Below are positions 1 to 14,800 of a stretch of DNA of 64,000 bases, in pieces. Source of the DNA: Stegostoma tigrinum (taxonomy: Eukaryota); NCBI RefSeq assembly GCF_030684315.1, contig NC_081360.1, forward strand, positions 36,749,818-36,813,817, given 5' to 3'. The notes beneath the pieces are model-generated. The model was given only the letters and a program-made list of their open reading frames with translations. It was not told the origin of the DNA and did no database searches. Within the stretch, counting starts at the first letter, position 1. Each line of letters starts with the position of its first letter. A program made the translations under genes and the position numbers.

Positions 1-197
1 TTAACAATTCATTCTCCAGGGAGGAAGTGGGAGATATAAAAAACTCGTAAGAATCCACTGCCAGACATTTCACTTTGCCACAACGTAAATGTTTGCCATT
101 TCTGTAGTTTCTATTGCCAACAAGGTAATCTCTGATCACATTTTAATGCTTCCTGTTTTTTTGTCGTGGCTTTGGGAACCCAACACCACTATTATCA

Positions 198-1409
198 GAG
201 ATAATGGGAACTGCAGATGCTGGAGAATCCAAGATAATAAAGTGTGAAGCTGGATGAACACAGCAGGCCCAGCAGCATCTCAGGAATACAAAAGCTGACG
301 TTTCGGGCCTAGACCCTTCATCAGAGAGGGGGATGGGGTGAGGGTTCTGGAATAAATAGAGAGAGAGGGGGAGGCGGACCGAAGATGGAGAGGAAAGAAG
401 ATGGGTGGAGAGGACAGTATAGGTGGGGAGGTGGGGAGGGGACAGGTCAGTCCAGGGAAGATGGACAGGTCAAGGAGGTGGGATGAGGTTAGTAGGTGGG
501 AGATGGAGGTGCGGCTTGGGGTGGGAGGAAGGGATGGGTGAGAGGAAGAACAGGTTAGGGAGGCAGAGACAGGCTGGGCTGGTTTTGGGATGCAGTGGGG
601 GGAGGGGACGAACTGGGCTGGTTTTGGGATGCGGTGGGGGAAGGCGAGATTTTGAAGCTGGTGAAGTCCACATTGATACCATTGGGATCCATTGTACCCA
701 GTGTGGCTTCCTCTACATTGGGGAAACCAAGCGGAGGCTAGGGGACCGCTTTGCAGAACACCTCCGTTCGGTTCGCAATAAACAACTGCACCTCCCAGTC
801 GCAAACCATTTCCACTCCCCCTCCCATTCTTTAGATGACATGTCCATCATGGGCCTCCTGCAGTGCCACAATGATGCCACCCGAAAGTTGCAGGAACAGC
901 AACTCATATTCCGCTTGGGAACCCTGCAGCCCCATGGTATCAATGTGGACTTCACCAGCTTCAAAATCTCCCCTTCCCCCACCGCATCCCAAAACCAGCC
1001 CAGTTCGTCCCCTCCCTCCACTGCACCACATAACCAGCCCAGCTCTTTCCCTCCACCCACTGCATCCCAAAACCTGTCCAGCCTGTCTCTGCCTCCCTAA
1101 CCTGTTCTTCCTCTCACCTATCCCTTCCTCCCGCCCCAAGCCGCACCTCCATCTCCTACCTACTAACCTCATCCCACCTCCTTGACCTGTCCGTCTTCCC
1201 TGGACTGACCTATTCCCTCCCCACCTCCCCACCTATACTCTCCTCTCCACCTGTCTGCTTTTCTCTCCATCTTCGGTCCGCCTCCCCCTCCGTCCCTATT
1301 TATTCCAGAACCCTCACCCCATCCCTCTCTCTGATGTAGGGTCTAGGCCCGAAACGTCAGCTTTTGTATTCCTGAGATGCTGCTTGGCCTGCTGTGTTCA
1401 TCCAGATTC
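198..1409. mobile_element. Truncated Penelope-like element forming a ~1.2 kb fold-back
   Basis: Plus-strand GIY-YIG remnant (GFLYIGETKRRLGDRFAEH) from ~686 preceded by inverted copy of the 3' end; 15-bp TSD acaccactattatca 183-197 / 1410-1424. Confidence 0.9.
297..324 (-). ncRNA. Minimal hammerhead ribozyme core in Penelope terminus
   Basis: CTGATGA-AGGGTCTAGGCCC-GAAACGTC: conserved CUGANGA and GAAA boxes, stem II GGG/CCC, GUC triplet. Confidence 0.7.
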
Positions 1410-3547
1410 ACACCACTATTATCACTCTGTTTGCTTGGAACATTACCCTTTTTTCTGAGGTCCAACATCTTCTCTCACTTACAATTTCTTATTCTCTGGG
1501 CCTTCATCTGCCATGTTAGTAGTATCTCCATCAACCTATTTAAGAATTTACATACCCCTGCTTTTCATCAAATTCCTACAGTTTCCTACCCCATCAATCC
1601 TTCCTTATCCAAATGTATATCACCAAACGTAGAACTGATTACACAAACTGTATGACTTGCAATTACTCAAACCTGAAGAAATAATCCATCTCCCTTCCTG
1701 TGGTCAAATCATCTAATGATAACAGATATTTATAAGATTTTTCACTGTCAGCTTCCTCCACAGAATACTGTCCACTTTTACCTTTACCACAATTTTTATG
1801 CTAGCCATTGAAATGAAATATATTTAAAAGACATTATTAACATTTTAGGAATTAGGTTTGACTTTTAAAAGATAAATACATATGGGTTATTACTGTGAAG
1901 GTTTTTTAAGAGGTTAGGATATCATCCTGGAACAGTGACGTAAATGTACCAGTTACAAGAAGACATATAATTGCAATCAACAGCTTAGTGTTATGGTTCA
2001 GACCAAACCACCTCAAAATATATCAAGAAGTCAACCTAGACCCTGACGTTTTCTCATTCTAAATACAAGTGCCAGGTGTTGCATACCAGGTACAATTTGA
2101 TTAGTCAAACTATCGGATTTGAAACAAAACATACTTTATTCATACACTATAGTTAAAATACAACAAAAGAAAAACATTGGAATAACCTAACTCTACTGCA
2201 AAATTTAACAGAATAATAGATTACTTAGTTACTAAATACTAACTGTTCCAATATAGTAACATCCCATAAACACACGTTTGACAAAGACATATTCAGTAAA
2301 ACAGATTATGTTACATGCAATTCTAGCAGAAGGAAGAGAACTCCCAGCATTTAGCTGTAACCGAGAGACAATAAATAGCTTATACATCCAGCTTCAAGGC
2401 TCCAGCAACTGCTACTGAGAAACTAAAACTAAAATTCCTGGTTTTGTGGGAGCATGCCCTTCCCATTCAGGCTGCTTCTATCAATCCAAATTTTAGAAAA
2501 AAAAACCGAACATCTTGTAAACTGTTTACTTTATGGGCTTTTGATAGGTAGCTTTTTACGTCTAACTTAAGACCTCTCTTTAAAACAAAAACAAGGACAA
2601 AATCCACCTCTTAAAGCCATCATTAGGAAAAATTTTTGAGTATTAATGGAATAATGGTTTCTGTATTTGGGTGAATGACAAGCAGTTCAAACACATCAAG
2701 TGGTTACTTTTGCACTTAGTTCAATTCAAGCACAAAAGGATTAGCTGAGCTGAATGACAAGTTGAGTACAAGAGTAAGTTTTTGGTCCTCTCCTACCAAG
2801 TTTTAGTTCCGTTCAGAGAAAACCAGTCACTGAAGTAGCAATGTTTTTTTCTACCCTACTTTGTGAAGTTTCTAAACCTAAAAACATTAGGACAGAAATC
2901 TTCATTATATTAGAATTGAAAACATTTAGGTCACCAGACTTGTTTATGCCATCAGGCATGGAGAAAAGTTGTAAAATTATTTCTACAGTTCAAGAAGGTC
3001 AAACTTTAATGAGTCAGTTAAGTAGAAACTCAAAGAGTTGAAATAGGAAGATAATTTCTCTGGACTTGCGTCTCCTAAAGGGATAGCTTTGGGAAGCTAG
3101 TTGAAACTTTGTTTTAATGTTTGTGTCAAAATCATTCTAACAGCAACAGCTTTCTTTGTTTTCTTACTTTTGTGTAATGAACTTGTGCTCTGTTGTTAAA
3201 GAACATAAGAAGATTCATGTCAATATATTTCCGTGACTATTGGGTGTGTTAATTAACTAAACAAAATACATATGCTATGTCAAGCTAGGTTTCATTTTAG
3301 CATTAACTAGGATGATAATCCATGAACAGTTTGAGGATCCCTTTGTATCCAAAACAAATGCTATCTGCTTTATTTTCTCAGCTGTTGAATTGCATTTGCT
3401 CTTCAAAATCACACCAGCAAATGCCGTGCTGAAGCTCCAGTGTCATATCACTCTACCTTCACTTCTTTCTTTACCCTAGCTCTTTTCAGAAGCTTAATGA
3501 TTTAAGTTTTGGAATATGTTGCCTATTCTGAGCCATAAAAATAAACA

Positions 3548-3748
3548 TCGCCGCCTCATGCTCCCATGAGGGGCTCAAACAGTTCAGCCACTTCACCAAC
3601 ACCTTCCACCCCAACCTTAAAAGAAAAGGGTCTAGGCCCGAAACATCAGCTTTCCTGTTCCTCTGATGCTGCTTGGCCTGCTGTGTTCATCTGGCTGTAC
3701 ACCTTGTTATCTCAGATTCTCCAGCATCTGCAGTTCCTACTATCTCTG
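3548..3748 (+). mobile_element. Internally deleted Penelope-like fragment
   Basis: Post-RT segment (similar to reverse complement of ~14120-14190) fused directly to the terminal hammerhead/tail sequence. Confidence 0.7.
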
Positions 3749-5720
3749 ATACTTGGTTAAAATCTGGTTTCCAACCTACATAGATTACTTAAAAATCATG
3801 ATCATATCACTAATTACATTCCTGAAGACCATGACAGCACCTTGTGTTATTTTTATTTTCTTCCTTGATCATTTTGTAGCTTTCTAAATGTTTTATCACA
3901 TCTTCCTCTTCCATCTCCTTTCCTTTGTGATGCAGCTAAGTGGCTTCGCCCTCAGGGCATTCTTTTGCCAGCTGATCTAAATTTGTCAGTTACATACATT
4001 GGATTCTTCTGTGAATGCACAGTCATTTCCAGTGAATCCTCATAGCTCTGCCATTCTGAAGTCCCCAAATGCTTGCTCTCAGCAGGTGACTCAATCATTA
4101 AAAATAGATTTGTCTTTCATTAGTTTTTATTTGGCAAAGCTTTCTGCCCATCAATGTTAGAAAGACCTATTCCATCCTATTTGGGCTCCAGTAGAAAATC
4201 CATGCCTTTGTTACTGATCCTGCCCTCCTTCCTTGATCTTCATTGAAGCTCAATCTGATAAACTATCATGTGGAGTTGAAGTTCAAATGTCTAATTCATC
4301 ACCAAGAACACCTACTATCGCCTCAGTAGTGTTACCTGTATTTGTTGTTACCTCAATCAGTGACAGCAGATGATTGGTAACATCTCCCAGTGCAGACTTC
4401 ATTCTACATATAATGATGGCTTGGAATGATATTATGATGCCCTCAATGACACTACATCAAGATCTTGAGCTCCCTTGCTAAGAGCACTGTGAATTGCAGT
4501 AGTTTATAATGGTGGCGCAACACCGTCACAGCAGAAATTAGTGCTGGGAAACAAATCTTGGTATTATGTGTAATAATATAAATAAAACTAATAATTGCGG
4601 ATGCCGGAAATCTAAATCAAAAACAGAAATTGTTGGAGAAACTCAGTAGATTTGTCAACACCTCTGGAGAGAAAGCAGAGGCAATATTTCAAGTCCAGTT
4701 AAATTTCATCAATGCTCACATCCCGATGAAATTTCTAATGAAATCCTGGTCGTTATGTTATTGATAATTCAAGTATTCCAAAGTTCTCCTCGAAAAATTA
4801 TATCCTGTGTTAACTTCAACTCATTAAGAATTCTGCTGTTTACAATTTATCCAGCATAAAGTCATCATCACCTCGTTCTTACTGACTTTCATTGCTACTT
4901 CATCCCTCATTAAATTAGGCTCATAATCTTAATTTCTATGCATATAGCCTTATTCCTTATGGGTTCTATTACTGTGCCTGTAGAATCTTATACAGACATG
5001 CATCCTGATTGCATCCTTAACTTTATGTTAGTGAACTGTGCATTGTCCTTTCAACTTGCCCAGGATAATGGCAAAGCTTCCATTCATCTTTTCTCCAAAT
5101 GTCTGAAAACTGTCCTTTAAATCTCTGAATCTTGTCAATGTTTTAAAAACACATCCTTAAGAGTTCTGGATTTTTTTTGGATACCTTTGGTTTACCGTGC
5201 AACTGTCAAGCACTGTGGAAAATATTGATATGTTACAAGATGTTTTATAAAAGGCTCAAATTTAAATTTGTAACAAGATGATCTCAGTAATCAATTTCAT
5301 ACTACTTTTTAAACATCAGTTTCACTGGTGTCAGCAGCTCATTTTGCTATAGGTTAGTTGATTGTAAAAAAAGTTTTGACTGCAAGGGTCATTATGACAA
5401 AGGTGAATTGTGTCCTCAGCTGATGACCACAGTCCACAGTCAGATTGGGATGAGTATATAGAAAATGTAATTGGGATTCTGGATATGATTTCTTCTCTGT
5501 TATTATCATTATTGTTCATCAGCTAATTTAGCAAAAATCAGCAATTAAATGTGGAACAATCTTAATACTCTACGGCTTAATAAGAAGCCATATGCTAGAT
5601 TTAAGAACTGATTCATCCACTTCATTTTAGAGTCATGATCACTTGCATTTCTAATATTTTTTCTCTGTTTGGGCAAAAGACAATTCAATTACTGAGAAAG
5701 ATGTATTACTACAAGAATAC

Positions 5721-5884
5721 CTTAATATGTTCAGGCAAATCCTCAATTCCAGGAGTTCCAATGTCAAATTCAATTCCACCATGCAAATGGAAGTACTCAC
5801 TTGTTTTGTACAAAAAATGTTTACATTTGAAGTTCGGACCTAAAAGAAGGGGTGGCAACTCACGCTCAGTTTTTAACTTGTCAT
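5721..5884 (-). CDS. ANKAR: ANKAR third coding exon (164 nt)
   Basis: Acceptor ttacag|ATGAC, donor AAG|gtattc; DDKLKTERELPP...EDLPEHIK. Confidence 0.88.
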
Positions 5885-8800
5885 CTGTAAAGAAAAAGAC
5901 AGACATATTGTAAAAGAGGGTATTGCTTTATTTAATGTTGCAGTGCCACATAGCTGTCCCGAAAAGTACAAATTCTTCATATTGTTAAATGACATTAAAG
6001 ATAACTATTTTCTTGATCATGAAAAGCACCATATCAAACAAGTGAACAGGGCACTCAGGCGAGCATGTGCCTCTGTCATTCTGTGTTACAATTCTGCAAC
6101 TTCCTTGAAGGCTTTCCCTATCTTGGAGGTACCCTGTAACAACAAAGCTAAAAAAAGCATTTTTTAATCATGAGAGATTCCATGTCACTGAAAAAGGTCT
6201 ATGTACAAAAATACACCCTGAAAATTCTGCTCACATTTTGATAGCTGGGACAAATTTCAGCACAGCAGCTAAGACAGTTTATAACATGTTAAAACAACCA
6301 TCAGTCTACAAGAGACAAGCCATGACATCCTAAAAACAAAAGTAATTTATCCTATCTCCTGATATTAACAGGTTCTTTAAAAATAAATCCAGGATCAAGA
6401 TCTGCATCATTTCTAAAACTGAATCAGTTCTTCCTTGGAACAACACCTATCTGTCTACCACATTTTTTTGAAGTATTCCTATTAGCTTTTGAGATATATG
6501 GTGACAGACAAACTAGGGGTCAAAACATTACTTGCTCTCACCCTCAGAGTGGAGGCAATGACTCTTCATCAAGAAACGCTCATCTTAGTTGACCTATTGA
6601 GTTATAATCTAATATGACCTGATTACAACACCTAGTCGTTTCTGAAATATTTCCAGGACTTTTCCCTCCTGTACTCTATCAGGAATCACATCCCACATGT
6701 TACTCAATTTTGTGAAGAAGAATTTGCTGTTACCTATTCCAAAATCGCTCTTCTCTCACTTCAACATGTCCTTTTGCTTTACTTCCCGAAGTTTAACCTA
6801 AAGTAACACTATGAACTAACTCTTTTTTAAAAATTTGAGCTTATTTGATTTATAGATTTATAAACAAACTCATATTGCATGTTTTCATTTAAATCCTATG
6901 GTTCTCCTCGACTTTTAGCCATTCAAATCCAGCCAGCCAATTATTGACTCAGGGCTTTTTAGTACTCTAGACAGATGAAACTAGTTCTGGAGCTCCAGTC
7001 TTCAGTGCTACATTAAGGTTGTTGTCAAGACCCAACCACTTAGCAGTATCCAATGTCTCATTTGTTTCTCGATCATACATGCTGTAAATTAAACGCCTGA
7101 ATACTGGCAGTTGCAAAGGTAGGGATTTCCGGAGGAGTCTGAGATGAATTATCCATCCACTTAACACTGGCTAAAGATGGTTGAAAACACTTTAACATTG
7201 CCTTTTGCACTGACATCTGCATTCTCCTGTCATTGAAGATGGCATTTTTTTTTATCTTCCGACTGGTTGTTTACTTGTTCACTGATATACATTACTGAAC
7301 TTTGATTTGATCAGTTGGTTGAGGGATTAAGTAACACCCTTATTAACATCATTGACTGCAGCACAGTCAAGTTGACAAAAAAATGTATATACTAACTACA
7401 TACAGTACAGGGAAGAGCTATGAGGTTGAGATAACAAGGTGTAGAGCTGGATGAACACAGCAGGCCAAGCAGCATCAGAGGAGCAGAAAAGTTGATGTTT
7501 CAGGCCTAGACCCTTCTTCAGAAGAAGGGTCTAGGCCTGAAATGTCAGCCTTCATCTCCTCTGATGCTGCTTGGCCTGCTGCATTCATCCAGCTCTACAC
7601 ATTGTTATCTCAGATTCTCCAGCATCTGCAGTGCCTACTGTCTCCAGAGCTATGAGGTTTATCATCAATGTCAGGGATTTGAGTTGTGAAGAAGGAATGA
7701 AGAAATTTGGTATTGCAAGCCTAAAAAATAGATAATTGAGAGATTATCCTATGGAAGTATTTCCTATTAGATAAATTTTTCTTCATATTTTAAGGGAAGA
7801 GCTCTTTTTCATAGGGAACTACCTTTAGATTGTACCAGGAATGCATCTTAATCTTGTTATTGTTCCAGCTCCATAATTATCTGTACCCCTAGCTAAGGTG
7901 TTCCAGTACAGGTACAGTGCTGGCATCTCATTGGCAATGTAGAAAATTCCAAGTCTGTACTGTCAACAAGAAGCACCAAAAACAACAATCATCTCATGAG
8001 TTCACTCTTGAGTGACAGATGTGGTTGTCAATAATGCTATCACTGGCACTCATTGGCTACAGCCAAAGTCACTCAGATCCTGATTTTATTATAGTCTTGG
8101 TTCCAACATTGACAAAAGAAGTAAATTCCAGAGGTAAGGCGAGAATGATTGTCCTTGACATCAATACAGCAAACAACTGAATATGACATTTAGGAATCTT
8201 AACAGAACTGAAGTCGATGCAAATCAGAAGGAAAATTTGCACCAGTCATAGTCATTACCTGGTACAAAGAAAGGTGGTTGTGGTTGTTAGAGATAATCCA
8301 TCATAGTCTGCGTTATCATGGTAGGCTTTCTGCAGGGTAGTGGCCTAGACGCAAACATTTTCAACTGCTTCATCAGTGCACTTCCTTCCATAATAAGATT
8401 AGAAGTAGGGATGTTTGTTTGTTTTCTTTACAGTGTATAACGCTCAACACAATTTGTCCCTCCTCATTAACTCAAGCAGTTTATGTCCATATACAGCTGG
8501 ACCTGGACAAAATTCAAATTTGGGCTGATAATTGTCGAGTAAGCACCATACAAAATCCAGCTAATGGTCTTCTTCAACAAGAGAGTACATAATTATCTTC
8601 CTTTGACACCAAATGGCATTTCCATCACTGAATCCCCCACAATCACATCTTGGGGGGTCACCATACACCAGAAACTGAACTGGGACCAAAAATATAAATG
8701 CTGTGGCTATCAAGGAAGACAAATGTGAGGAATTCTGCAATGAATGCCTCACTTCCTGTCTTACCAGGGTCTGTCGAGCATCTGGAAGACACAAATCTTG

Positions 8801-11800
8801 GCACCTCATCCACCAACTTCCACATTCACTCCTTCTACCAAAACATAGTAGCAGCAGTGTGTACCATCTAGAAGATGCACTGCAGTTACTCAACAAGGCT
8901 TCGTTAACAGTACCTTCCATATTCATTACCTCTCTCATACTTTTTTATGGTAATTGTAAGTGTTTTAAAATCCCCTCTACTTTTCAACTCTTGATGCACC
9001 ATTATTTCTGGAGTTTTATTTGCATCTTCTATAGTAAAGTGAGACATAGCATTTCTGTTCATGCATTTTCTGATGTTTCATGATGGATTCTCCAGAATCT
9101 CTCTCTCTCAAGAAGCAACACCCACTTAACTTGCTCATTTTCTTTGTAAATGCTTGTAGAAATTCATACTATCTGTTCTGATATTTCTAGCTAGTTTTCT
9201 CATGTACTCTAATGTCTTTCCCCTTATTAGTACTTTACTTCTTCTTTTCTGTTGTTAATATTCTGATCTGTCACTGCTTTTTGTGGAATTGTACACTTTT
9301 TCATCCAATTTGATACTATCTTTAACTTCCTTAGCGCAGGTAGTGGAGTTCCCTTAGAATTATTTTGAGAATACAGTCCCCTATGAATTTTGACATTAGT
9401 TGTGACTCCTATTCTTGTACGTACCTGGTCTTCCCTCAGGAGATGATGTTGTTGCATTTCTGGCTCATTAATGAGGGCAGACATTTAACAGTCAAGTGGG
9501 GCTGAGTTTGGATCTGTGCAGAGATTGACATTCCCTAAAAGTAACATTATGTTTGGACCTCGATATCTTCCCATCCACCTCCAGGTTTTAGCCAGACAGA
9601 TTCAAAATGATAGGAAATCTCTGTTTAGCTCTTTTGATAAGATCTTTAATTATTCATATTAGGTCATTAACATCCCTTTCAAAACCCAGCGGACCTATTT
9701 CTCACAGATAATGGGAACTGCAGACGCTGGAGAATCCGAGATAACAAAGTGTGGAGCTGGATGAACACAGCAGGCCAAGCAGCATCTTAGGAGCACAAAA
9801 GCTGACGTTTCGGGCCTAGACCCTTCATCAGAAAAGCATTTCTGATGAAGGGTCTAGGGCCTATTTCTCAAACTGTCAGCAACTCCCTATGGACACTGAG
9901 GTAAATGCAGCTGGCAGTGCTTCTTCACTGAAATTACCATGCTGGGAAGACTTTGATCCAAAACAATAGTGATGAAATATTAAAAGACAATTGCACCAGG
10001 AATGCTTCATGTGATAACAGATATTATACATATATAAATAATAAAACTTATTCAAATTTGAAACTTATTTTTACTTTGACTTTTCAAAGATATACTTAGG
10101 AAAAACATTAACATCTTGGGGAATTATCAATGCCTGCCAAGATGAAATATTCAATAATACAGAATTAACTTTTAGATAGAGGAGTTCGAAGAAGGAATAA
10201 TCAACCTGACATGTTAACTCTGTTTCTCCCTCAACACATATTTTGGTGACCTGGACATAAGCTCTATCTATAATTTTGTAGTAACTAGAGGTACACAACA
10301 TAGAAGGTCCCTGAAACAAATTAGAGTTTAAAAGAGTCTCTAAAATTTACTTGGCGTGTGGGAACTGAGGGAGAATCGTAGAGAACACCAGGATTCACAA
10401 AATACTTAAAGTTGCAACTGGCACTAGCATTGACAATAGCAAGTTAGGTGAAGTCAGACTAAGGAAGCAAACAACGAGGCCTAAATCATGGTTACTGTGC
10501 ATGTATGCGAATGTGCAGAGTACGATAAATAAGACTGGGGACTAACGTGTGGAGATTGCCATGTGGAATTTTGATGTTGTGACATGTTACTATACTTTGG
10601 GTAGCATCTCTTTCTTTGGTAAAGACAGATGCAAATAATTCATTTAATACCTGTACCATGACCCAAAACTATGATATTTTGTTAACAGAAATCTAGCTGA
10701 AGGAAGGGCAAGACTGGGTTTTAGGTATTCAGAAAAGACAGAAAGGGAAGGAAAGTAGGAGGGGTAGCAGCTTTGGTTAAGGAGGATATTGGAGTGCTGA
10801 AGAAAAAAAGAAAAGGATGTCTCATAGGATCCAAGCTCAAAATAAATTTGGCTAAAACAAAGGGACAAAAAGGTACAATTAAATTGTTAGGTGTGGTTTA
10901 TAAATCACAAAATTAGAAAGTAGTTATAATGGAAGACTTCAATCTCTAAACATAGCATACCAGTATCCAATCTAAGGGCAGTGAGAGGCAAATGTTTCTG
11001 GGTTGCATGCAGGAGAGCTTCGTACTGTTTTCAGTCCAGCTAAAAGGAATGCACAGCGGAACCTGATTCTTGGAAATGAATTGGGCCAAGTGGATCAGTG
11101 TCTTTTGGGAATCATTTGGGAGACAGAGTTCATTGTATCATTAGATTCAGATTAATAGAGGAGAATAACACACAACAATCCAAAGTGAAAAAAATCAATT
11201 AGCAGGAGCCTGTTTACTTTCATGGGCCAAGAACAGAGTTGGCAGCATTGCTTGATACAAAAGGTTGACAGAAAAGCAGGAACGGAACAATGGATACCAT
11301 CAAAGAAGTTAATTCAGCTATGGTCCAGGTACATTAATTATGTCTATTTCTATCTCTAATATCATACGTAAGTTTGCAAAAATTACCAAACAAGCTGCTA
11401 CTGAGAGCAATCTTTACCAGAAAATGGAGGCAGGAGCCTGCTCAGATCTGGAACTTTCTTCTTCCCCCTCAATGCAATAAGGAAAGGTATAAGAAAGGCA
11501 ATTAGTTTGAGGTAGGCAACGTTTCTGTGAATCTCTGCTTTCCTCTCCAGGTACTTCTCAACAAGTTTCTGCTGGAGAATCAGCCTCTGCTGTAACCGCT
11601 GATAGGCCACCAGATCAATTTCTTCTTCTGTAAGTCTTACTGCATTACTAAGGCTGTAAGTTGCGTCATACATGAACACATTTTGGTACTGCCTTACATA
11701 GGTAATATAAGGGTTGATTTGCAGTAAACAGTTGTTCACATAATGCATAAATAACTTCATCTCTTCACAGTTGTTGGGATCATATGTTGGATCAAGGAAT

Positions 11801-14800
11801 ACATCAGTACTATAGATGCCTCTGTAGTCGGGATCAGTTGAAATATCTATAAGGCCTGCATAGGGAATAAATCCTTTATTAGGAATATCTTCTTGCATTA
11901 ATTATTTGGAACATAAAACCTATAGAAATTACAAAACACAAAGAAGTAATTCAGCCTGTTACACATAAATAGGTGAATATTTTTACAAAAGGTAAACATT
12001 TCACCAATCTATATTGTTTAACTCATGTGTACTAAAGGTTAGAAATAGCCATTATTTTCTATTGTACTTTATATTTATTACAAGTTTGACTTTTACATGG
12101 CATTGGCAAATATATATCATACATTTCATCAAGTTTGAAACATTAGGTTAGATGCAAAATAAATGTCCCTCCACTCTGGTTCAGGTCACAAGAATGCTAC
12201 TATCACATATTTTTTAATTTCCTACACTGAGCAATCACTGCTCTACATTGAGATTTTCTACAGCAGGTTGGGGAAAGGATTTTTAGCCCCCCTTGTTACG
12301 TTCCAAAAAGGGAGACTGAAATATTAAACAACAGCGGCTGCTTTAATAAAGGTGTGTTCACTCTGTTGACAGAGAGGTTAGGCTAAGTTGTTACATCCAC
12401 AATCATGACATCAGGTGATAGGACTCATAAAGTGTCAGTTCACCATACTTATCAAATATACAACATCCCTCTCCCTCTACATCAGAGGTTCCTGCATTGA
12501 AATCATTCACAATATTTCTAAGCATATATAAAAATGTCATTGAGTAATATGTTCCAGAAGAAGTCAATTCCTGTGCAGTTGTCAACAAACTTCAGGCATC
12601 TGTTTATTTTTCTCATTGGTGTTAACTTTTGGAGTTGTAAGTGTACTAGGAAAATCATCTGTGATAATGGGAACTGCAGATGCTGGAGAATCCAAGATAA
12701 TAAAATGTGAGGCTGGATGAACACAGCAGGCCCAGCAGCATCTCAGGAATACAAAAGCTGACGTTTCGGGCCTAGACCCTTCATCAGAGAGGGGGATGGG
12801 GTGAGGGTTCTGGAATAAATAGGGAGAGGGGGGAGGCAGACTGAAGATGGAGAGTAAAGAAGATAGGTGGAGAGGAGAGTAAAGGTGGGGAGGTAGGGAG
12901 GGAATAGGTCAGTCCAGGGAAGACGGACAGGTCAAGGAGGTGGGATGAGGTTAGTAGGTGGAAGATGGAGGTGCGGCTTGGGGTGGGAGGAAGAGATGGG
13001 TGAGAGGAAGAACAGGTTAGGGAGGCAGAGACAGGTTGGACAGGTTTTGGGATGCAGTGGGTAGAGGGGAAGAGCTGGGCTGGTTGTGTGGCGCAGTGGG
13101 AGGAGGGGACGAACTGGGCTGGTTTTGGGATGCGGTGGGGGAAGGGGAGATTTTGAAGCTGGTGAAGTCCACATTGATACCATTGTGCTGAAGGGTTCCC
13201 AAGCGGAATATGAGTTGCTGTTCCTGCAACCTTCGGGTGGCATCATTGTGGCACTGCAGGAGGCCCATGATGGACATGTCATCTAAAGAATGGGAGGGGG
13301 AGTGGAAATGGTTTGCGACTGGGAGGTGCAGTTGTTTATTGTGAACCGAGCGGAAGTGTTCTGCAAAGCGGTCCCCAAGCCTCCGCTTGGTTTCCCAAAT
13401 GTAGAGGAAGCCACACCGGGTACAATGGATGCAGTATACCACATTGTCAGATGTGCAGGTGAACCTCTGCTTAATATGGAAAGTCATCTTGGGGCCTGGG
13501 ATAGGGGTGAGGGAGGAGGTGTGGGGGCAAGTGTAGCATTTCCTGCGGTTGCAGGGGAAGGTGCCGGGTATGGTGGGGTTGGAGGGCAGTGTGGAGCGAA
13601 CAAGGGAGTCACGGAGAGAGTGGTCTCTCCGGAAAGCAGACAAGGGTGGGGATGGAAAAATGTCTTGGGTGGTGGGGTCAGGTTGTAGATGGCTGAAGTG
13701 TCGGAGGATGATGCGTTGTATCCGGAGGTTGGTGGGGTGGTGTGTGAGAACGAGGGGGATCCTTTTTGGGCAGTTGTGGCGGGGGCGGGGTGTGAGGGAT
13801 GTGTTGCGGGAAATGTGGGAGACGCAATCAAGGGCGTTCTCCTCCACTGTGGGGGGAAAGTTGCGGTCCTTGAAGAACTTGGACATCTGGGATGTGCGGG
13901 AGTGGAATGTCTCATCGTGGGAGCAGATGCGGCGGAGGCGGAGGAATTGGGAATAGGGGATGGAATTTTTGCAGGAGGGTGGATGGGAGGAGGTGTATTC
14001 TAGGTAGCTGTGGGAGTCGGTGGGCTTGAAATGGACATCAGTTACAAGCTGGTTGCCTGAGATGGAGACTGAGAGGTCCAGGAAGGTGAGGGATGTGCTA
14101 CAGATGGCCCAGGTGAACTGAAGGTTGGGGCGGAAGGTGTTGGTGAAGTGGTGGAACTGTTCGAGCTCCTCTGGGGAGCAAGAGGCGGCGCTGATACAGT
14201 CATCAAGAGGTGGGGTTTGGGGCCTGTGTAGGTGCGGAAGAGGGACTGTTCCACGTAACCTACAAAGAGGCAGGCATAGCTGCGGGCCATGCGGGTGCCC
14301 ATGGCCACCCCCTTAGTCTGTAGAAAGTGGGAGGAATCGAAAGAGAAGTTGTTGAGGGTGAGGACGAGTTTGGCTAGGCGGATGAGGGTGTCGGTGGAGG
14401 GGGACTGGTCGGGCCTGCGGGACAGGAAGAAGCAGAGGGCCTTGAGGCCATCTGCATGCGGAATACAGGTGTATAGGGACTGGACGTCCATGGTGAAAAT
14501 GAGGTGTTGGGGGCCAGGAAATTGGAAATCCTGGAGGAGGTGGAGGGCGTGGGTGGTGTCACGGATGTAGGTAGGGAGTTCCTGGACCAAAGGAGAGAAA
14601 ATGGAGTCCAGATAGGTGGAGATGAGTTCGGTGGGGCAGAAACAGGCTGAGACAATGGGTCGACCAGGGCAGGCAGGTTTGTGGATTTTGGGAAGGAGAT
14701 AGAAACGGGCCGTGCCGGGTTGGGGAACAATGAGGTTGGAGGCTGTGGGTGGGAGGTCCCCTGAGGTGATGAGGTCATGAATGGTGTTGGAGATGATGGT

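Noticed and set aside
280-1232. Numerous overlapping Gly/Trp/Pro-rich ORFs here and at 12932-15889 and 57448-57875
   Set aside because: Alternate-frame and antisense readings of the GC-skewed Penelope arms; only the RT/GIY-YIG frame has recognisable motifs.
1-5700. Additional ANKAR exon(s) downstream of 5721
   Set aside because: I could not find a convincing match to the expected next peptide by eye; it may lie outside the window or have been missed.
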